A stretch of 63,985 nucleotides of DNA, filler included, from Ionaspis alba (GCA_964255285.1; 4 parts of 4 records of this genome joined end to end with filler, not necessarily neighbours in it); one strand, 5' to 3'. Positions 1-13,231 are shown, numbered from the whole stretch's first letter. Made by a program: numbers and translations. The notes: generated by a model not told the origin, from the sequence alone.

Positions 1-2652
1 AAGATAGGAGCATCCCGGTTAGTATATCAATGTGGTCTCGGCAAGGACGCCGATTAGTTCCTCGACGCTGAAATCCGGAAAGGTGCATCACCCATCATAT
101 CAAGCGAGGGCACAGATCGAAGATTGCGACCACAAGCAATAGAGAGGAGCATGAACAGGATGATGAAGAAACATCAGCCGAACATGATCTCCGGCGATCG
201 ATCCACGAGCATGGCCTACGCTTGTGTGCAGCAAGGTGATCGAGACTCATCAATGGCCACTACTCGACCAACTCTAGAGCATGGCGGATAATATTGCCAA
301 TGTCTCGGCGAACATGTGGAAGCTAGGATGTCAAACCACTACCTTGAGCTCCTCACGTCTGTACCCGGCGTTAAGAGTCGAGACGGCAGCTGATGCAGAG
401 CGTAGTGGTAGTGATCTGACATCATGTAATCCTGTACGGGCGTCCGCGATTTGATCGTCAAACGGCCATTGCTTGTTGTCTCCGACAGCGGGATGCTCGT
501 GCTTGCGGCGAGAATCATCCGTGGATCTGCATGTTGTCTCAGCTATTGACCGTTGCAAAAGCCGAGACTGGCTTGGCATAAACAGCACGTAGTAGATCTT
601 GCGGAGAAAATGGCGGGAGCGGGAGCGGCGTTCAATTTGACAGCTGCCGTGGTGGCCCACGGGAGAATGGTGGTTGGTGCGTACACGAGGAACATTGGGA
701 TTCTTCTCGAGCGGCTGTACAGGTACTAACAGGGTAAACATGCAAAATAGGAAAGGCGCAGCGCTGCCGTGGTAGATACTTGAGATCGCAAAGTGCTCAG
801 TGACCGATAGAATAGTGTACAAGATCACATTGATCTGTGCGCGAGACATGTCCGACGTCCGGTATGGTTTCCGAGACCGGGCTCATTGCTGTGGGGAGAG
901 AAAGCTTGGATACTGAGATTGTTCCTGACTGGTTCGTGCAAACGGAACATGGATTGAAGATCGAGGTCTTCCGATGCGAGTAGGATGTTTCCTCCTGCGC
1001 AAAGCTCGCCAAAGGCGCGGTGATTTGCAGGTGATATGACTCGTTCTGGTATGGTTGTCGCAATGTCAAACGAGAACCCATTAGCGTAGGTAGAATTTAA
1101 TCATCTAATGCCATGGCTCCATGATGCTCCTTTTGCAGGCTGCGGTGGTTGTCTTTGCGAGTAGGGTTCGGAAGCAGAAGTCTCTTCCCCGTGGATGGAT
1201 AGATGCAAGACATCGTGCAGTTAAAGACAGGGTCTCGGCAACTTTCGACATGGCAAGATGACATCGTGTCTGCAACCCGGAATTGAGACATGCAGATATG
1301 CGGGAGCGTTGAAGAAATTTCTACGACGGTCACTGCTCAGACCGAGGGTCAGGGAGTTCGGAAAATGCAGGCAGACTCTGAACAGGCAGGTGGAGCAAGT
1401 GCTGGCGACGCTGTCAGGTTTGTTGAGCAGCCAATTCAATAATATTGTAGAGGCCTTGCTGAGGTAGGTTCGGTTTGAGGTTGGTGTGGGAGAATCGAGC
1501 AAGGGATGACGATTGACCGAATCTTCAGAAACAACCACCCTACTGCATCACGACGAACTCGCATGGCGCCACCGAGCAACGATTGCTGTAACAAGCCCGA
1601 TTGGAAGAGCAAGAGTGTGGAACGTTGTCCTCGCCGTTCCAACGGCTTCGAAGTGATTGCTCAATTGGCGAGGGTGGATCTCCGCAGAGACAATTTGTGG
1701 AGTGCAGCGAGAGGCCTTCCAAACCCCGGCAGGAGCATTAGAGCGTGTCATATTAGCATGGAAAATGTGACACGGCGAACTGGTCAAATAAGGGTTCTGG
1801 CGTGTTATGTCGTGGTTGGAAGCGCATCTCGTGGGAGCTGCATTACAGCAGGAGATTATCTGTTTCGTTGCCGGACCGACCACTGGGATCAAGGCGTATT
1901 GAGTAGTGCTTTGTCTTGCTGTCAATTGAACAAAGTTGATTCCGCGTGGGTTGTTGGGGGATGTACAGAAATGTGGAGGTGGCGTCCATGCTGGTACAGT
2001 AGTCCGCATTCGAGGATTGCCTTGATTGGCCGGAATTTGGTAAGCCCGTTGATCTCTGTACTAACGTCAGCTGTCAAAGTAGAAGCGACGAAAACTATTG
2101 GTAGTAGCGCCGGACTGCAACATCTGCCTCTCTCATAATTTGCGTCGTCTTCTGCTTGGATGAGTTAATCAGCACATTCAGCCTCACCGGGATAGGGACA
2201 GTAATTAGGTCAGTACAAGATGAGGGTTCTGTCCACTTTGCAAGCGGACTACCAAGATCTCTGGCGAAAATGCTATTGTACATTGTATGTGGATGGAGAC
2301 CATGTACATATTATCTCGAACCGGACAAAACCAACAGCCGTTCGCGCCGGAAATGCCATCGTCTAAATTTCCTTGCATGATGTAGTGTAAATGAAAGCCA
2401 TGCACGCTCGCAGTAAGAACTTCAGTTGCTGCAATGCTTGTATGCAGGGACTTGAGAACCTGGTCGGTATAAGCAAAAAAACGGAAAGATAGATACAGAA
2501 ATCTGTGTGACAGATCAGGTAAACATAACGCATTCCAACACTGGACCATCCCGTCGTAAAAAAAAAAAAAGGCAGCAGAGATGCCGCATATGCACGGGGC
2601 TCGTAGACGACCATAGCTATCTCGCCTTCATGGCTGTCTCCTGTCCAACGAA

Positions 2653-4313
2653 TCAATGACGGACAAAATAACCGAATTCGGAGTTCTCCTCTAGATGGGA
2701 TTCAGAGTTGTAGAATGAGTGATCCGAAAGCATAGGATCCGTGGTATTCTTGGAAAAGCCATTGTCATAAGTGCTGCTGCAGAAGAGAGGTTCGTTCTCA
2801 AGGGTACTTGCGCAGCCTGTAATGTCTTCAAATCCATAAGGCATAGTATCGGCAATGGAAGATTGTACTGTCGAGCTCGGGGTATTGAGATAATAAGGCA
2901 TGTCGGATATCTCAAAATTGTCGTTGTTGAGACTTGAGATCACTTCGTGATTGTTGAAATGGTCGGCTTTCGTTTCTTCTGGTGTGGCTTCGAATTGTCG
3001 TGGGTTCCTCGGTTCTTCATAGTGGGCTCTGAGTCTCATCTTGATCGTCCTTTTGGTCGCTCGCCCACCCTTTGCGCCGCAACGCTGGCGCAGCTTTCCA
3101 GCAGGATCGACCTTTCCGGACTTCTTGTGAGGAGTCTGCTTGCGATACCTGGTAGTGGATTCGACACCATTTATTAGGGCAGAAGGCTCCAAAACCCAAA
3201 CAAACCCCTTCTTGCCATCATCGGATGGTGGAAGTTGATCGACTTTCCTGAAAGCCTGATACTTATTAGCTCGAGTCATAATGGTAGTGTGTTGTACTGT
3301 TCAGCGAAACTTACCCCATTCATAGACAGGTTGTGCCGAATGCTGTTCTGCCATCCTTTTGAGGACCCATCATTTGCCTTGTCAGTGTTCTTCTCAAACC
3401 ATTCATAGATTTCCTTGAGCACCATGCGATGTTCTGGTGCACTCTTCAACGCTCGATAGATCAGTTGAGCATACGGCTCAGAGTTCAATTCTCCATCGAG
3501 GTCGTCGTCATTTGGCTGGTGTATTGTGCTGATATCCATGTTGTCGTACTCTTCAGTGGTCTCTGGAGTTAGAGCGATAGAGTTCTCGGCTGGGATGGAT
3601 TGGGAGACAGTAAGTGGCGACAAAGCTGGAGAGACACTCGGAAGTGGTCTGTATGTTGTGGATACTCTAGGTCTACCGATACCTTTGAAAGAGTGCTGGT
3701 CAGAATGCTTTGGCCGATACTGGGACGACAGGTAATCCGCGTGCGAGGACTGTTGTGGAGGCCCAACGAAGTATGGTGAAGAAGGTCGAAAGACATTCTC
3801 TGAGTGATCTTGTCGAGCGGCTAGATTTCGTATGGCATTCATTGCAGTATTCGCATCTTGTGGGAAGTTGCGAGGACAAGTCATGGAAGCTTGTTCATGC
3901 CTCTGATTTCCTGGCAAACCATTTTCCCATTGGGAGCTTTCCCAGCCATTCCTGTTCAGTTGACGTCGACCAGGCTTCTCTGCTTCGAGCTGATAGTAGG
4001 TATAAGTCGAAGGTGTCTTAGGGGAGAACTCATAAGACATTGTCGAGTAGCCCTTTGAAGAGGTACCCCAATCTGGTATGGACGCTTGACTGCTCTGTGG
4101 CAACGGATCATATTCGTACGGAGAAGTGTCTAAGGAATGCGAGTTGTTGTAGACCTCGTAGCCTAAATTTCTAGAAATATCTGCTGCCATATTGATGTCT
4201 ATAAGACGGGGTTTGGTGCTGTGGAAGTCAAAAAGCTCGTTGTTTGAAGGAAGGTCTTGGGAGCGAAGAGAGGAACAAGAGGTTCTCTGTGGAGGCATAA
4301 GTGGGTCTTCCAT
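2653..4313 (-). CDS. Forkhead (winged-helix) transcription factor, 2 exons
   Basis: EPYAQLIYRAL...LKEIYEWF...GWQNSIRHNLSMNG|AF forkhead signature. A GTAAG...CTAAT...CAG intron at 3256-3314 joins ORFs 3276..4313 and 2653..3279 in frame. Confidence 0.9.
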
Positions 4314-5691
4314 TGGGGCTGAGTGAGGAATGAATCGAAAGTGCTTGAGATTGATATCGTGCGATGGTAAGGCACTTTAGGGTCTGCCAACGGACCGACC
4401 ATGTGTCGAAGGACTCTGTGGGTGCCGTGAATCTAAGACATTGATACTCAAACATTTATTGGCTGGGCATGATGGAAGATGGAGGGCTGACAGATTCCTT
4501 GCCCTTCTTCCATGTCATGCAGCATGCCAGCACATGGATCCATGGGCCCAAGGTAGGCTGCAGGAGACTTATCTTTCCGTTGGGCAAACACAATAAGATC
4601 ATGTTGCAGGTATACGTGATTTAATGAATTGTCGGCGCGTGGGTGTGCATCTCTCTGAGCTCAACTAAGGTAGTGACGCAGCATGGTTCCACAGCATGGC
4701 AAAACTTTCTCTGAGGCTTTGCCTTAGGTACATCGTGGAAGATGATCCAATCGCCCGCAAGGCCACTAAGGCAGTGCTGAATGGGTTCTATGCCTCCGAC
4801 GCTCTGGCTGAACGGGTAGCGGCAGCTGAAGATCGACCTGATTGGTTGGATGGTTACCTCAGTGGATCTTCAACGGGCTTCTAGAAGGATTCATGGAAGG
4901 GTCAACTGCTTTTCGCCGCATGACAGTTGTTGGGCCCTGGTCAGGCACCGGTCGGTCATCCTGTCAATAATCGACGAGAAGGTACCTATACAGATACAAT
5001 GAGCTTCGCGTGATACATGCCAAAGCCATCGATTTCGGAACGCACCGAGCCTTGTCCGTTAAGGCTAGTACCCGTTGACTCCCAAGCCCGACCTGCCTCG
5101 CCTTCGCGGACGAGAGAGTTGCTACAATAGTGCAGAGATTCACTGCGCCCATGCAAATCTGAGAAGTCGCCCAGACAGTCAGAGATTGTATTCTTGTCAT
5201 ACCTTTGATGCCTGCGCAGATCCGGTGAAGTAGATGAAGTTCGATCAACGAGCTGCCATACGAGATGAAAATCCCGAGATCTATTCCAAAGCCTTTGCTG
5301 CCAGATTCTGAACACCTCACAGTTTCCACGGCAGTATGCCTTCAGGACATTTTGCCTTGATGAACACGTAAGAATGAGACTAAACGGGCTTTTCCCTCAA
5401 TCACTGAGGAGGCTTGTGGGATCGAAAAGCCTTTCAAACTATTAAGATATTCTCGAAAGTAATCGCTGACAGAGCAAGGGTCAGATGCACCTCCCTGAAA
5501 GGGAATCGTCCCTGCTCATGACCCCTCATGCATGATTTCTTGCTGAAAGTATGCTATACGCCCGACATGGGCGTGTAATCGGAATTGTGGCAATCAAGGC
5601 CATGGTGAAAAGTCGTCTTTCGTGCGGTAAGGCTTTGTAAGACATTAGGCTGCCAAGCAGCCAAGCTCCTCGCTGACTGGTACCATATGAT

Positions 5692-7593
5692 TTACTTTCT
5701 GTAATAAACCTATAGAGACTTAGTCGATCTGAGGCTCTGGTGTTGGTAGAAGTATATAGGTATTACCTTTTTGAACTGGAAATGTAGCTGTAGGATACCC
5801 TAGATTCAAGTCAGTCCTGGTACAAAGCCGCAGAGCAGTATTCAGCACAACTTGCCTTATCAAAGCTACTTCGGAAGCCTCGCTCTCTTTTCGCGCTGTA
5901 GTCCCATTCCTTATCGACGATTCGGAAAGCCAAGTCCTCGTAAGGCGGACCACTAATGAAGCGAATGAGGCAAGTGTCTTCTTCGCCTGCTGGCGCAAAT
6001 GACTGTCCACGTTTGCGACCATTTTCTCGCTCAATCCGGTAGGTTGGAGCTCTCGTCGTGTCAATTAGGTCTGGGTAGAAGACATTGAACTTGTAGCCTT
6101 GTACAACTTTGGGCGGCGGGTTATCGTGGTCGTAATGGGTCTGATTGTACTTGTTCCACTCATAACCCATCTGCACCCGATTGAAGTATCGGGGCTTCCG
6201 TGGTCGATATTTTCCTGCCCATTGCGGTTTGGATATTGTGGATACTTCTTCCTCGCCAGTGAAGATCTCCTCGTCTTCTTGCACGCCTCTGGCAACTTCT
6301 CTATCATACAGAGCCGATGTAGCCGAAGAGAAGTCTTCATGTGCTGAGGTCGCAAAGCGCGAAGCTGATGGAGCTGTTGATTCGACGGCTTTTGGTAGAG
6401 TCGACATAGTCGATTTGTCCTGTTTGCGTTGTCGCAATGGAACATAACCCATCTTCAGCGCCTTTTGTCTCTCCCTTGCCTAACATAAAATTTTAGTGGT
6501 CTAATGATGGAGACAGGTCCAGGTATAGAGCTTACAATCTTGCTCAGAAAATCAGCTTCCTCGACCACGTCTAGTCCCTTGTCTTCCACCCGTGTTTTGA
6601 GTAGCGGCTCCGGGTCCAAGTGCTTGGTGTAATTTATTGTAGGCACTGTAAGATCTGCAGAGCCTATACCGTTACCAGCCAGAGTTGCAGCTGTAGGTGC
6701 TGAAGCATAGGCGGCGGAAAGAACGGAAAGCTTCCTTGCGACCAGTTCCGCTTCTTCAACCTGTTGCAATCTCAAGGCTTGCAAACGGCCATCTATTACG
6801 GATTTATAGATATCCTTCAGCTCGGCCTTTGCCTTGTAGACAGAGATGCTGCGGAGCAATTGCTCCCAATACTCCACATCGACTGGCTCATTGGACTGTA
6901 ATTTTCTGGCAATCTGAGTCTCTAAGACTCCGAGTTGATCCAACGACTTCGGACCCAAAAGTCGGTCGACATCAGCAGAAACGGAATGAACCCCTCTTCC
7001 TGCGGGACCTGAAGGCGCCGTTCGACTTCGACGGTCTCCACAGATTACTTTCATAGCCTACCTAGGAATTCAGCATTTTTCCTCTTCATGGTTGAGCCTT
7101 CCAATCATACATTCCAGTAAGAGCGATTGCTTCTGTTGGTTTCTAATACCAAATATGTCTCAATATCCTTCTCCAAATCACGTAGCTCTATTTCGTCCAA
7201 GTCTTCAATAACACCATCGGGATCCATAACATCAAGCTCAGACTCGGCTACCTCATCATCCAAGAGATCCTTCGTAGGGTCGATAACGCTCAATATGACA
7301 GCTAACCAATCTATTGGCTTTGCTCTTCCTTCGCGCACACGAATCTGCGCTTTCTTCTTGGATTGTTTGAGCACGAAATCGTCCTCTTTCGACACCCACT
7401 CGCGCATTTGTTCCGTCTCTTGAACTTGGTTCTTCCTAGTCTGCTCTCTCACAAAGCTCTCTTGCTCCCGCCTTGCTTTCACATCGGAGTCATCTGCTGG
7501 GGTCCTTCTATCTGTTCGAGCCATTTTGTTCGGTTTGCGCCATGGTGGTGGAGAAGGCGACCTAGACCTCTTGGCTGATCGTGGAGCGTCCAT
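5692..7593 (-). CDS. Cactin (spliceosome-associated factor), 5 exons
   Basis: Cactin mid domain (FVLKQSKKKAQIRVREGRAKPIDWL) and C-terminal domain (KPRYFNRVQMGYEWNKYNQTHYDHDNPPPKVVQGYKFN...GILQLHFQFKKVYYRK). Introns at 7058-7110, 6480-6535, 5800-5855 (GC-AG) and 5710-5766. Confidence 0.92.
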
Positions 7594-8225
7594 ATTAGTA
7601 CTTTCCGAGGGTTTGATAGCTGTGTTAGTTAGTGAAAAAAGGGAATGGATCATCAAAAGATGGGAATACTTGCAGCTTGGAGTCGCGATGCCAAGACCTT
7701 GAATTCTCTAGTCCAAAGGTGGACTAAGTCCTTAGCGGTCCAGGCGCGCTGATTCAACGACAACCCATTCTCATGCGAGACCAGAACTATTACACGTTGT
7801 GTTGAATCCACGAGTGTGCTAATTTATGCTAGCCTAGAGGAAGCTGGCTATCGTGTACGGACGGCCTTTGCCGCAAAGGAGCCTTGCAGCCCATATTTCC
7901 TCGAAGGACTTGTCGAAGCTGACAGCACTTTTAACTTCGCAAATCGTTGGGAGGGGCATTACGCAAGATTGGGGAGAAAGGAGCTCCATTTCCTTATACT
8001 TGAAGCATAAGGTGACACGTTTCGATGGGCTTCTTTAAATAATATCGCAAGCAAATCAGGACGCTTTATGGTCCTGTAAGAGAATCCCTACTATTGCTTT
8101 GACACACGGCATGTTGTCTTTCAGATCTTATCCAATCGAGCATTCACTCGGTCTCTCAAAAAACGCGCACAAAACTTCACAGATCACTTCTTATATCCCC
8201 ACCATGTACAAAGTCTCCACATTGC

Positions 8226-8705
8226 TTATCTTCGCCAATCTCTATGCTTACGGTTAGCGAAATCTGAATTCGTCTGCTTTATTGACTCACGTCGAGCCCT
8301 GTCTTTCAATTTCTGAAATGGAACGCAACAAGGCCAGAAGGCATTCTCGTCGATCTCGGGGAGGTCTGGTGTGGGCAGCCGAGGTGGAATGGGGCGGTCC
8401 GGCGGACCAACTCGGACCTCCGAGGGCGACAACAAGGCAATAGAAAATTCATCGCACAGAGATTGATCAGCGTCCTGGCCAACCGTGATCCTTGTCTCGT
8501 TCAATTTGGGTGGCAATACAATTTTCTCCGGAGAAGCTTGTTCCCAGGTGATGGACTTCGCATTTAGTATTGCCGGTTCCACTTTGATCGGCGAAGGCGG
8601 AGGCGAAGCCATCTTCGGCCGCCTATGAACAGGGAGTGGAGTCAGTGCTCGCTCGGATTTTCGTACCGGAAGCTGCTTGTTATCTGTTGTCGCTAGCGAC
8701 AGCAT
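8226..8705 (-). CDS. Hypothetical proline-rich protein (start uncertain)
   Basis: 3' half of ORF 8226..9110 looks protein-like, with a PPRLPTPDLP...FWPCC motif. The 5' half reads like UTR. Confidence 0.45.
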   Translation of the reverse strand: MLSLATTDNKQLPVRKSERALTPLPVHRRPKMASPPPSPIKVEPAILNAKSITWEQASPEKIVLPPKLNETRITVGQDADQSLCDEFSIALLSPSEVRVGPPDRPIPPRLPTPDLPEIDENAFWPCCVPFQKLKDRARRESIKQTNSDFANRKHRDWRR

Positions 8706-9592
8706 GATGACAAGTTGATTGCGCACCGGAAATATGGATACGTCGACTACGGTGGCACAGTTGTGGCTGTCTATGAATGGTTGGAAAGGAAGGTGGTAGC
8801 ACTGAGTCGATGAAGGACTGATGATATCCAGGAGTGGGGCTCCAAAGTGATCCGAGGAATGGGCAAAGAAACGAGAAATCTTGGCAGACGCAGGATTCAT
8901 GCAAAAGGGTGCCCAGGAGTCACTGACTTTGGGTGGAATAGCATGGTGGGGTGGATGTATAGCAGATATGAGGTGTTGGCGGTTGGGAGAAGGAAGAAGG
9001 GAAAAGATAAAGAGCGGGGGGATGGGGCGAGTTTTGAACATCAGAGGGTTAGACCTAGGGCACCCCTCGGCCAATGAGGGGAAGGCTTGGCGCCTGCCGT
9101 GCAGACACACCAGTCCTATTCAGGGTTTCTCGCTTATTGAACACAGCCAGGCATCCCTCCTTTACCGTCGATCCTTTCTCCTGTATGGTATATCGCTCAC
9201 TATTCTGTGCTTCACCTCCTGCTTCAATACGAAGCTGTTATTGGTCACCAGATATCATTGATTCACTCATACAATCTTGCTGGGCTTTCATTCACATTCT
9301 CCGTTGCTCTTTCTGCGGCATCTTCACGTCAATATCTGCCATCAGCTGTAGCTGATCTCGTAGACCATCAAGCACAGAGCTCTCTAATCTCCACCCTTGG
9401 AGAAGCCATATATGTTGTAACGTAATGGAGAAAGCATTGTTACATTGTAAAACTATCGGCATCCGTTTCCCTTTCCCAACCCGTAACCAGATGCAGTCAG
9501 TCGCGCCTCCCAAGAATATCCCAGTCTATTCCGTTTACCATAACGCCTTTGAAGACCGCAGAACCTGTTATACATACACAGCATGGAACCCG

Positions 9593-12500
9593 TCATATGA
9601 TAATGAGATTACTGATCGTGACTCCTTGTGCCTGCACCGTATACCTTCGCTTGAGCCCCAAAGCTACCGCTTTTCCAAACATGTCATGAACCTTCTGACC
9701 ACCCCCAACCATAACCATAGGAATCGGATTATGCCTGGGCAATCCGCTCGACGTGAATTGGGGTGTGTCCAGCAGTGGTCGAATGAGCCATCCCTGTGGA
9801 TGACCGTTCTCATCTTCTTCGAACGACACAACGATAACAAGCTGAAGGGAAGTGCTGGATGGTGCAAAACTAGGGATATTTTGAATCTTCTGGGTGAAGC
9901 TACATCCGCCTCGTTTCATCACAATGACCTGATGATCTCGAGGAACGTCAACTGGGAGTTTGGCATGACAGTTTCTACCTGCTACGTAGATAGAGTTCCA
10001 GGTGAGCGAGCCTTGTGGTGCTCCTGCTGCGTCTGGGCCTGATGCTTCTTGCACATCGGGGATAGCGGCTGCTCCAGCGCCAGTCGGAATAATGGCTGGC
10101 ATGTACTCACGTGGAAGTACCATTTTTGGACTGGGTGGCTGGTCGCGTATCATGGAGGTCACCTGTTGGGCGATGAAACTCAAAGCAAGTCTCATCTGTG
10201 AAGCTGCGTCGGAGTTGCCGTCGACCGAGACGATTTCTGGCATAGTTTCTGCAGCATCATTCGTAGTTCCATTCACTTCGTGGGCTGACACGTCTGGATC
10301 TGGATCTGGTGAATCGATATCCACGACGATGTCAAGCATGGTTGGATCTCGTATTCTGGCAAAATTCGGATCCGCTGCGCTGACCGCACTGGAAACAACG
10401 TCTCTCGAGAGGAATACTTTTTCATCCTTGCCGAGCGGGATATTGTTGATGGCGTGAACTCGAAATAGATCGCCGTCTCCATTACCACTTTTCATTATTG
10501 GTACATCCTGGATCATGCCTAGCCGAAGTCCACCCATTCCGTTGATAAGGATGCCGTTTCCCACCCGTTGTAGAAGGCTGGAAGAAAATATGGAGCTAGG
10601 TGTAGAGGGAAATGTGATATCAAACGTTGGTCGAGGTATCATGACGGAGCACGTGCCGTAGCGGGGAACAAGCTCTAACGGTAACGTCCAAGGATAATAA
10701 GTGAAGTTGGAGGGAGATCGAATGTCTGACAAAGAAATACTCGGATGATCACGTGAATATTCAATGAGAGGTGAATCGAGATTTTCCATCGTGGGCATCA
10801 GATGCAATCGAGCGAGATTTGCTGCATGGAAGATGTCGGGCCTTGCAGCTGTGGCAGAAACACTGAAAGGCATGCTGGTTTTGGGCACAGGACAACTCTG
10901 GACCTCAATTTCGGCGCGATGTTCGTCCTTTGTAGATGCCTGTGTTGCAGACTTCGAAGAACGTTCCGACTTGGGTATGACAAGAGGATGACCTTCTGTT
11001 GTGAAGACAAAAGGCGCATCAAGCTTGTTCAATGGATGATCTGGATCAAACAGGAGGTACAGGTACTTCGTAGTTTCCCCAAGGAAAAAGCTCTCCATTC
11101 GGTCGCTCCGCTCCCCGTTCCGAACGTCTTGGACTCCCGACCATCCACACTGTGTCCAACATCGCCTTTTGATATCTCTCAGCGCCATTTCACCGACATG
11201 AAGGTACCAAGGATCACGTGTAGCTCTGTAAATATGATAAGTAGACTCGATGAATTCAGGTCGACCTCCCCACCAGCCCAGACCACTTTCTACGCTACCT
11301 GTGGCTGCTGACCATCTTTCTGGTATTGCTGAGTATCGCGTCCAGAGTGCGGTGAACAGTAGATGAGTCTCAACGGCTTCCTCCATATCCCCAGTAATGG
11401 CGAGAAGGCCTGGAAAGAAAGCACTGAGGCTGTCCATCCAGAACGCTCGGGCGGCTCCAGTATTCAGGTCAGCTTGGATGTAGTGTGGATGGATATACGT
11501 TTCCCCACGATATAGATGACGCTTGATTGCAGCGTGCGCCAGCTGCCAGACCTGCAAGAAGCTCTCAGGGTCGTGATGCTCCACACCGAGAGGCGGAGCA
11601 AAGTCGAAGTCTAGAAGATCGTCTTCCGAGTCTTGAAACACTGGTTCGGGTTGGGATGATCCAGAAAGTAGGATATAGGACTTAACCGCATATTCGAAGA
11701 AGCTGTCGATGCCCGCCCCAAGACCAGTGTAAGGACTCGTCCATAATCCAGTCTCTGCATCAATACCTGAACCAATGAGGTCAATACCGCTCCTGCGTTC
11801 CCATATTGACCAGAAAGCACGTTTAGCTACAGTTTCAAATCGTCCATCGCCCGTTAGTCGACTGAGAACGGTGAACTCAAGGACAAGACTGCCGGCTCCA
11901 GCACTACATGTTTCGGTAAGTTCGCGTCCAGCTGATGGTGCTGCAAGACACTGTCCTTGTTCGTCTGCAAGACATTGACCGTGCTCGGCGTCTTCACACA
12001 GTGGGGAGTTCTGGTAGAACGGAACTCCATAGCGAAGATTAGCCCGAGGATAAGGAATTCCTGTAGATGTGCTGAATGCTGGGAGCAGACGCTCTGCTAG
12101 ATCTCGAGCTAGTCTCAACAGCTGCCCGTTGTAGGTAAAGCTTTCCGACCACTTGATTCGATTTGCGCCAAGATCGTCGGAATCGGCAAAGTCTTGTGGA
12201 TGATACCCTGCGATAGGTAGCTCCCCAATTGCGAACAAATGTGCGCTTAAGAGTCCTCCAACGCCTCTAATGACTGTCTCAAACACTTGCACTTTGCTAT
12301 CGAGATCGAACCCTCTTGCTCTTTTGCCTTCTCCCGATGCTCCGTCCGTCCCATCTCCATACTGCTCCACCAGTGCGGCGATCCCTTCCTGGAACTGCGC
12401 CAGTGCATGCTGCCCGCGATTCTTCGATCCAGAGCCAGAAGCTAGTATAGCCAACGTCGATAGGCTGTCGATCAAAGTCAGAGAGTAATTCCCCAGTGGA

Positions 12501-12832
12501 TCATTGAGTTCGATGTGCGCTGGATTTGCCCGGTCCCTGGTCAATGGCTTGCAGGATATAGGTCGAAGCTCATCTTCTGGGAAAGCATGCTCCATATAGT
12601 TGTTGTAGCCATGATAGAACATGTGCTCTGTTTCTTGTCTAGTATATGTTAGAAGTCTTTCGTTGATCTGGAGATTGAATCTGATGTACCTCAAGCTCTT
12701 GAGCTCTGTATCACTCATGCAGATTGCGCTTCCAATCCACACTATGAGTATCAGGAGGCATGAGATGGTAGGAGAGCTCTGATAGGCTCTCCGACCATGC
12801 GCTGTCGATTGTGGCCAACATCTCAAGAGCAT
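9593..12832 (-). CDS. MNL1: ER alpha-1,2-mannosidase-like protein (GH47, EDEM/Htm1 type) with C-terminal PA-like domain
   Basis: N-terminal hydrophobic segment. GH47 motifs AFPEDELRP, FETVIRGVGGLLSAH, GAGIDSFFEY, RPEFIESTY, DRMESFFLGETTKYLYLLF, TTEGHP. PA-type KRGGCSF. Probable in-frame intron at 12639-12689. Confidence 0.92.
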   Translation of the reverse strand: MLLRCWPQSTAHGRRAYQSSPTISCLLILIVWIGSAICMSDTELKSLRYIRFNLQINERLLTYTRQETEHMFYHGYNNYMEHAFPEDELRPISCKPLTRDRANPAHIELNDPLGNYSLTLIDSLSTLAILASGSGSKNRGQHALAQFQEGIAALVEQYGDGTDGASGEGKRARGFDLDSKVQVFETVIRGVGGLLSAHLFAIGELPIAGYHPQDFADSDDLGANRIKWSESFTYNGQLLRLARDLAERLLPAFSTSTGIPYPRANLRYGVPFYQNSPLCEDAEHGQCLADEQGQCLAAPSAGRELTETCSAGAGSLVLEFTVLSRLTGDGRFETVAKRAFWSIWERRSGIDLIGSGIDAETGLWTSPYTGLGAGIDSFFEYAVKSYILLSGSSQPEPVFQDSEDDLLDFDFAPPLGVEHHDPESFLQVWQLAHAAIKRHLYRGETYIHPHYIQADLNTGAARAFWMDSLSAFFPGLLAITGDMEEAVETHLLFTALWTRYSAIPERWSAATGSVESGLGWWGGRPEFIESTYHIYRATRDPWYLHVGEMALRDIKRRCWTQCGWSGVQDVRNGERSDRMESFFLGETTKYLYLLFDPDHPLNKLDAPFVFTTEGHPLVIPKSERSSKSATQASTKDEHRAEIEVQSCPVPKTSMPFSVSATAARPDIFHAANLARLHLMPTMENLDSPLIEYSRDHPSISLSDIRSPSNFTYYPWTLPLELVPRYGTCSVMIPRPTFDITFPSTPSSIFSSSLLQRVGNGILINGMGGLRLGMIQDVPIMKSGNGDGDLFRVHAINNIPLGKDEKVFLSRDVVSSAVSAADPNFARIRDPTMLDIVVDIDSPDPDPDVSAHEVNGTTNDAAETMPEIVSVDGNSDAASQMRLALSFIAQQVTSMIRDQPPSPKMVLPREYMPAIIPTGAGAAAIPDVQEASGPDAAGAPQGSLTWNSIYVAGRNCHAKLPVDVPRDHQVIVMKRGGCSFTQKIQNIPSFAPSSTSLQLVIVVSFEEDENGHPQGWLIRPLLDTPQFTSSGLPRHNPIPMVMVGGGQKVHDMFGKAVALGLKRRYTVQAQGVTISNLIII

Positions 12833-13231
12833 CACCGAGGTGAAGATGTCTTAGTCAAGGAAAGCGGCATGAAATGGGCCGGCGATTTCCGTGAAAGCCC
12901 CAGGTTGACGAGTAGTTGATAGTGAGCATTTGCGATGGGGCATAATGTCGTTCTTGAGGGATGCGACATAATCATAAGACCAGGAGCATGATTGGCGCAA
13001 TATGTACAAGTCGTCTATGTCGCCGGAGTTGGAATCCTAAGTTCTTAGAGGCTCGGCGGGAGCATTGTCATCGGACACTAAAATGCGATAATTTTGAGTT
13101 TCGGTTCAAGCTGCCGTTCTGCGTATTCTGGCCGCGGGAGTCATCTTTTGCGGACCTACAACATTTCGCCTTCATACCGCGATGACTTGCAGAGCTCATT
13201 TCAATTTAGGAGAAACTTATCTTCCTTGACG

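Noticed and set aside
1..2650. ORFs of 60-210 aa at the left end
   Set aside because: No domain motifs, overlapping on both strands, and no coherent splice model. Probably non-coding.
4696..4884. 62-aa ORF with a somewhat protein-like middle
   Set aside because: It could not be extended into a supported gene model and has no recognisable motif.
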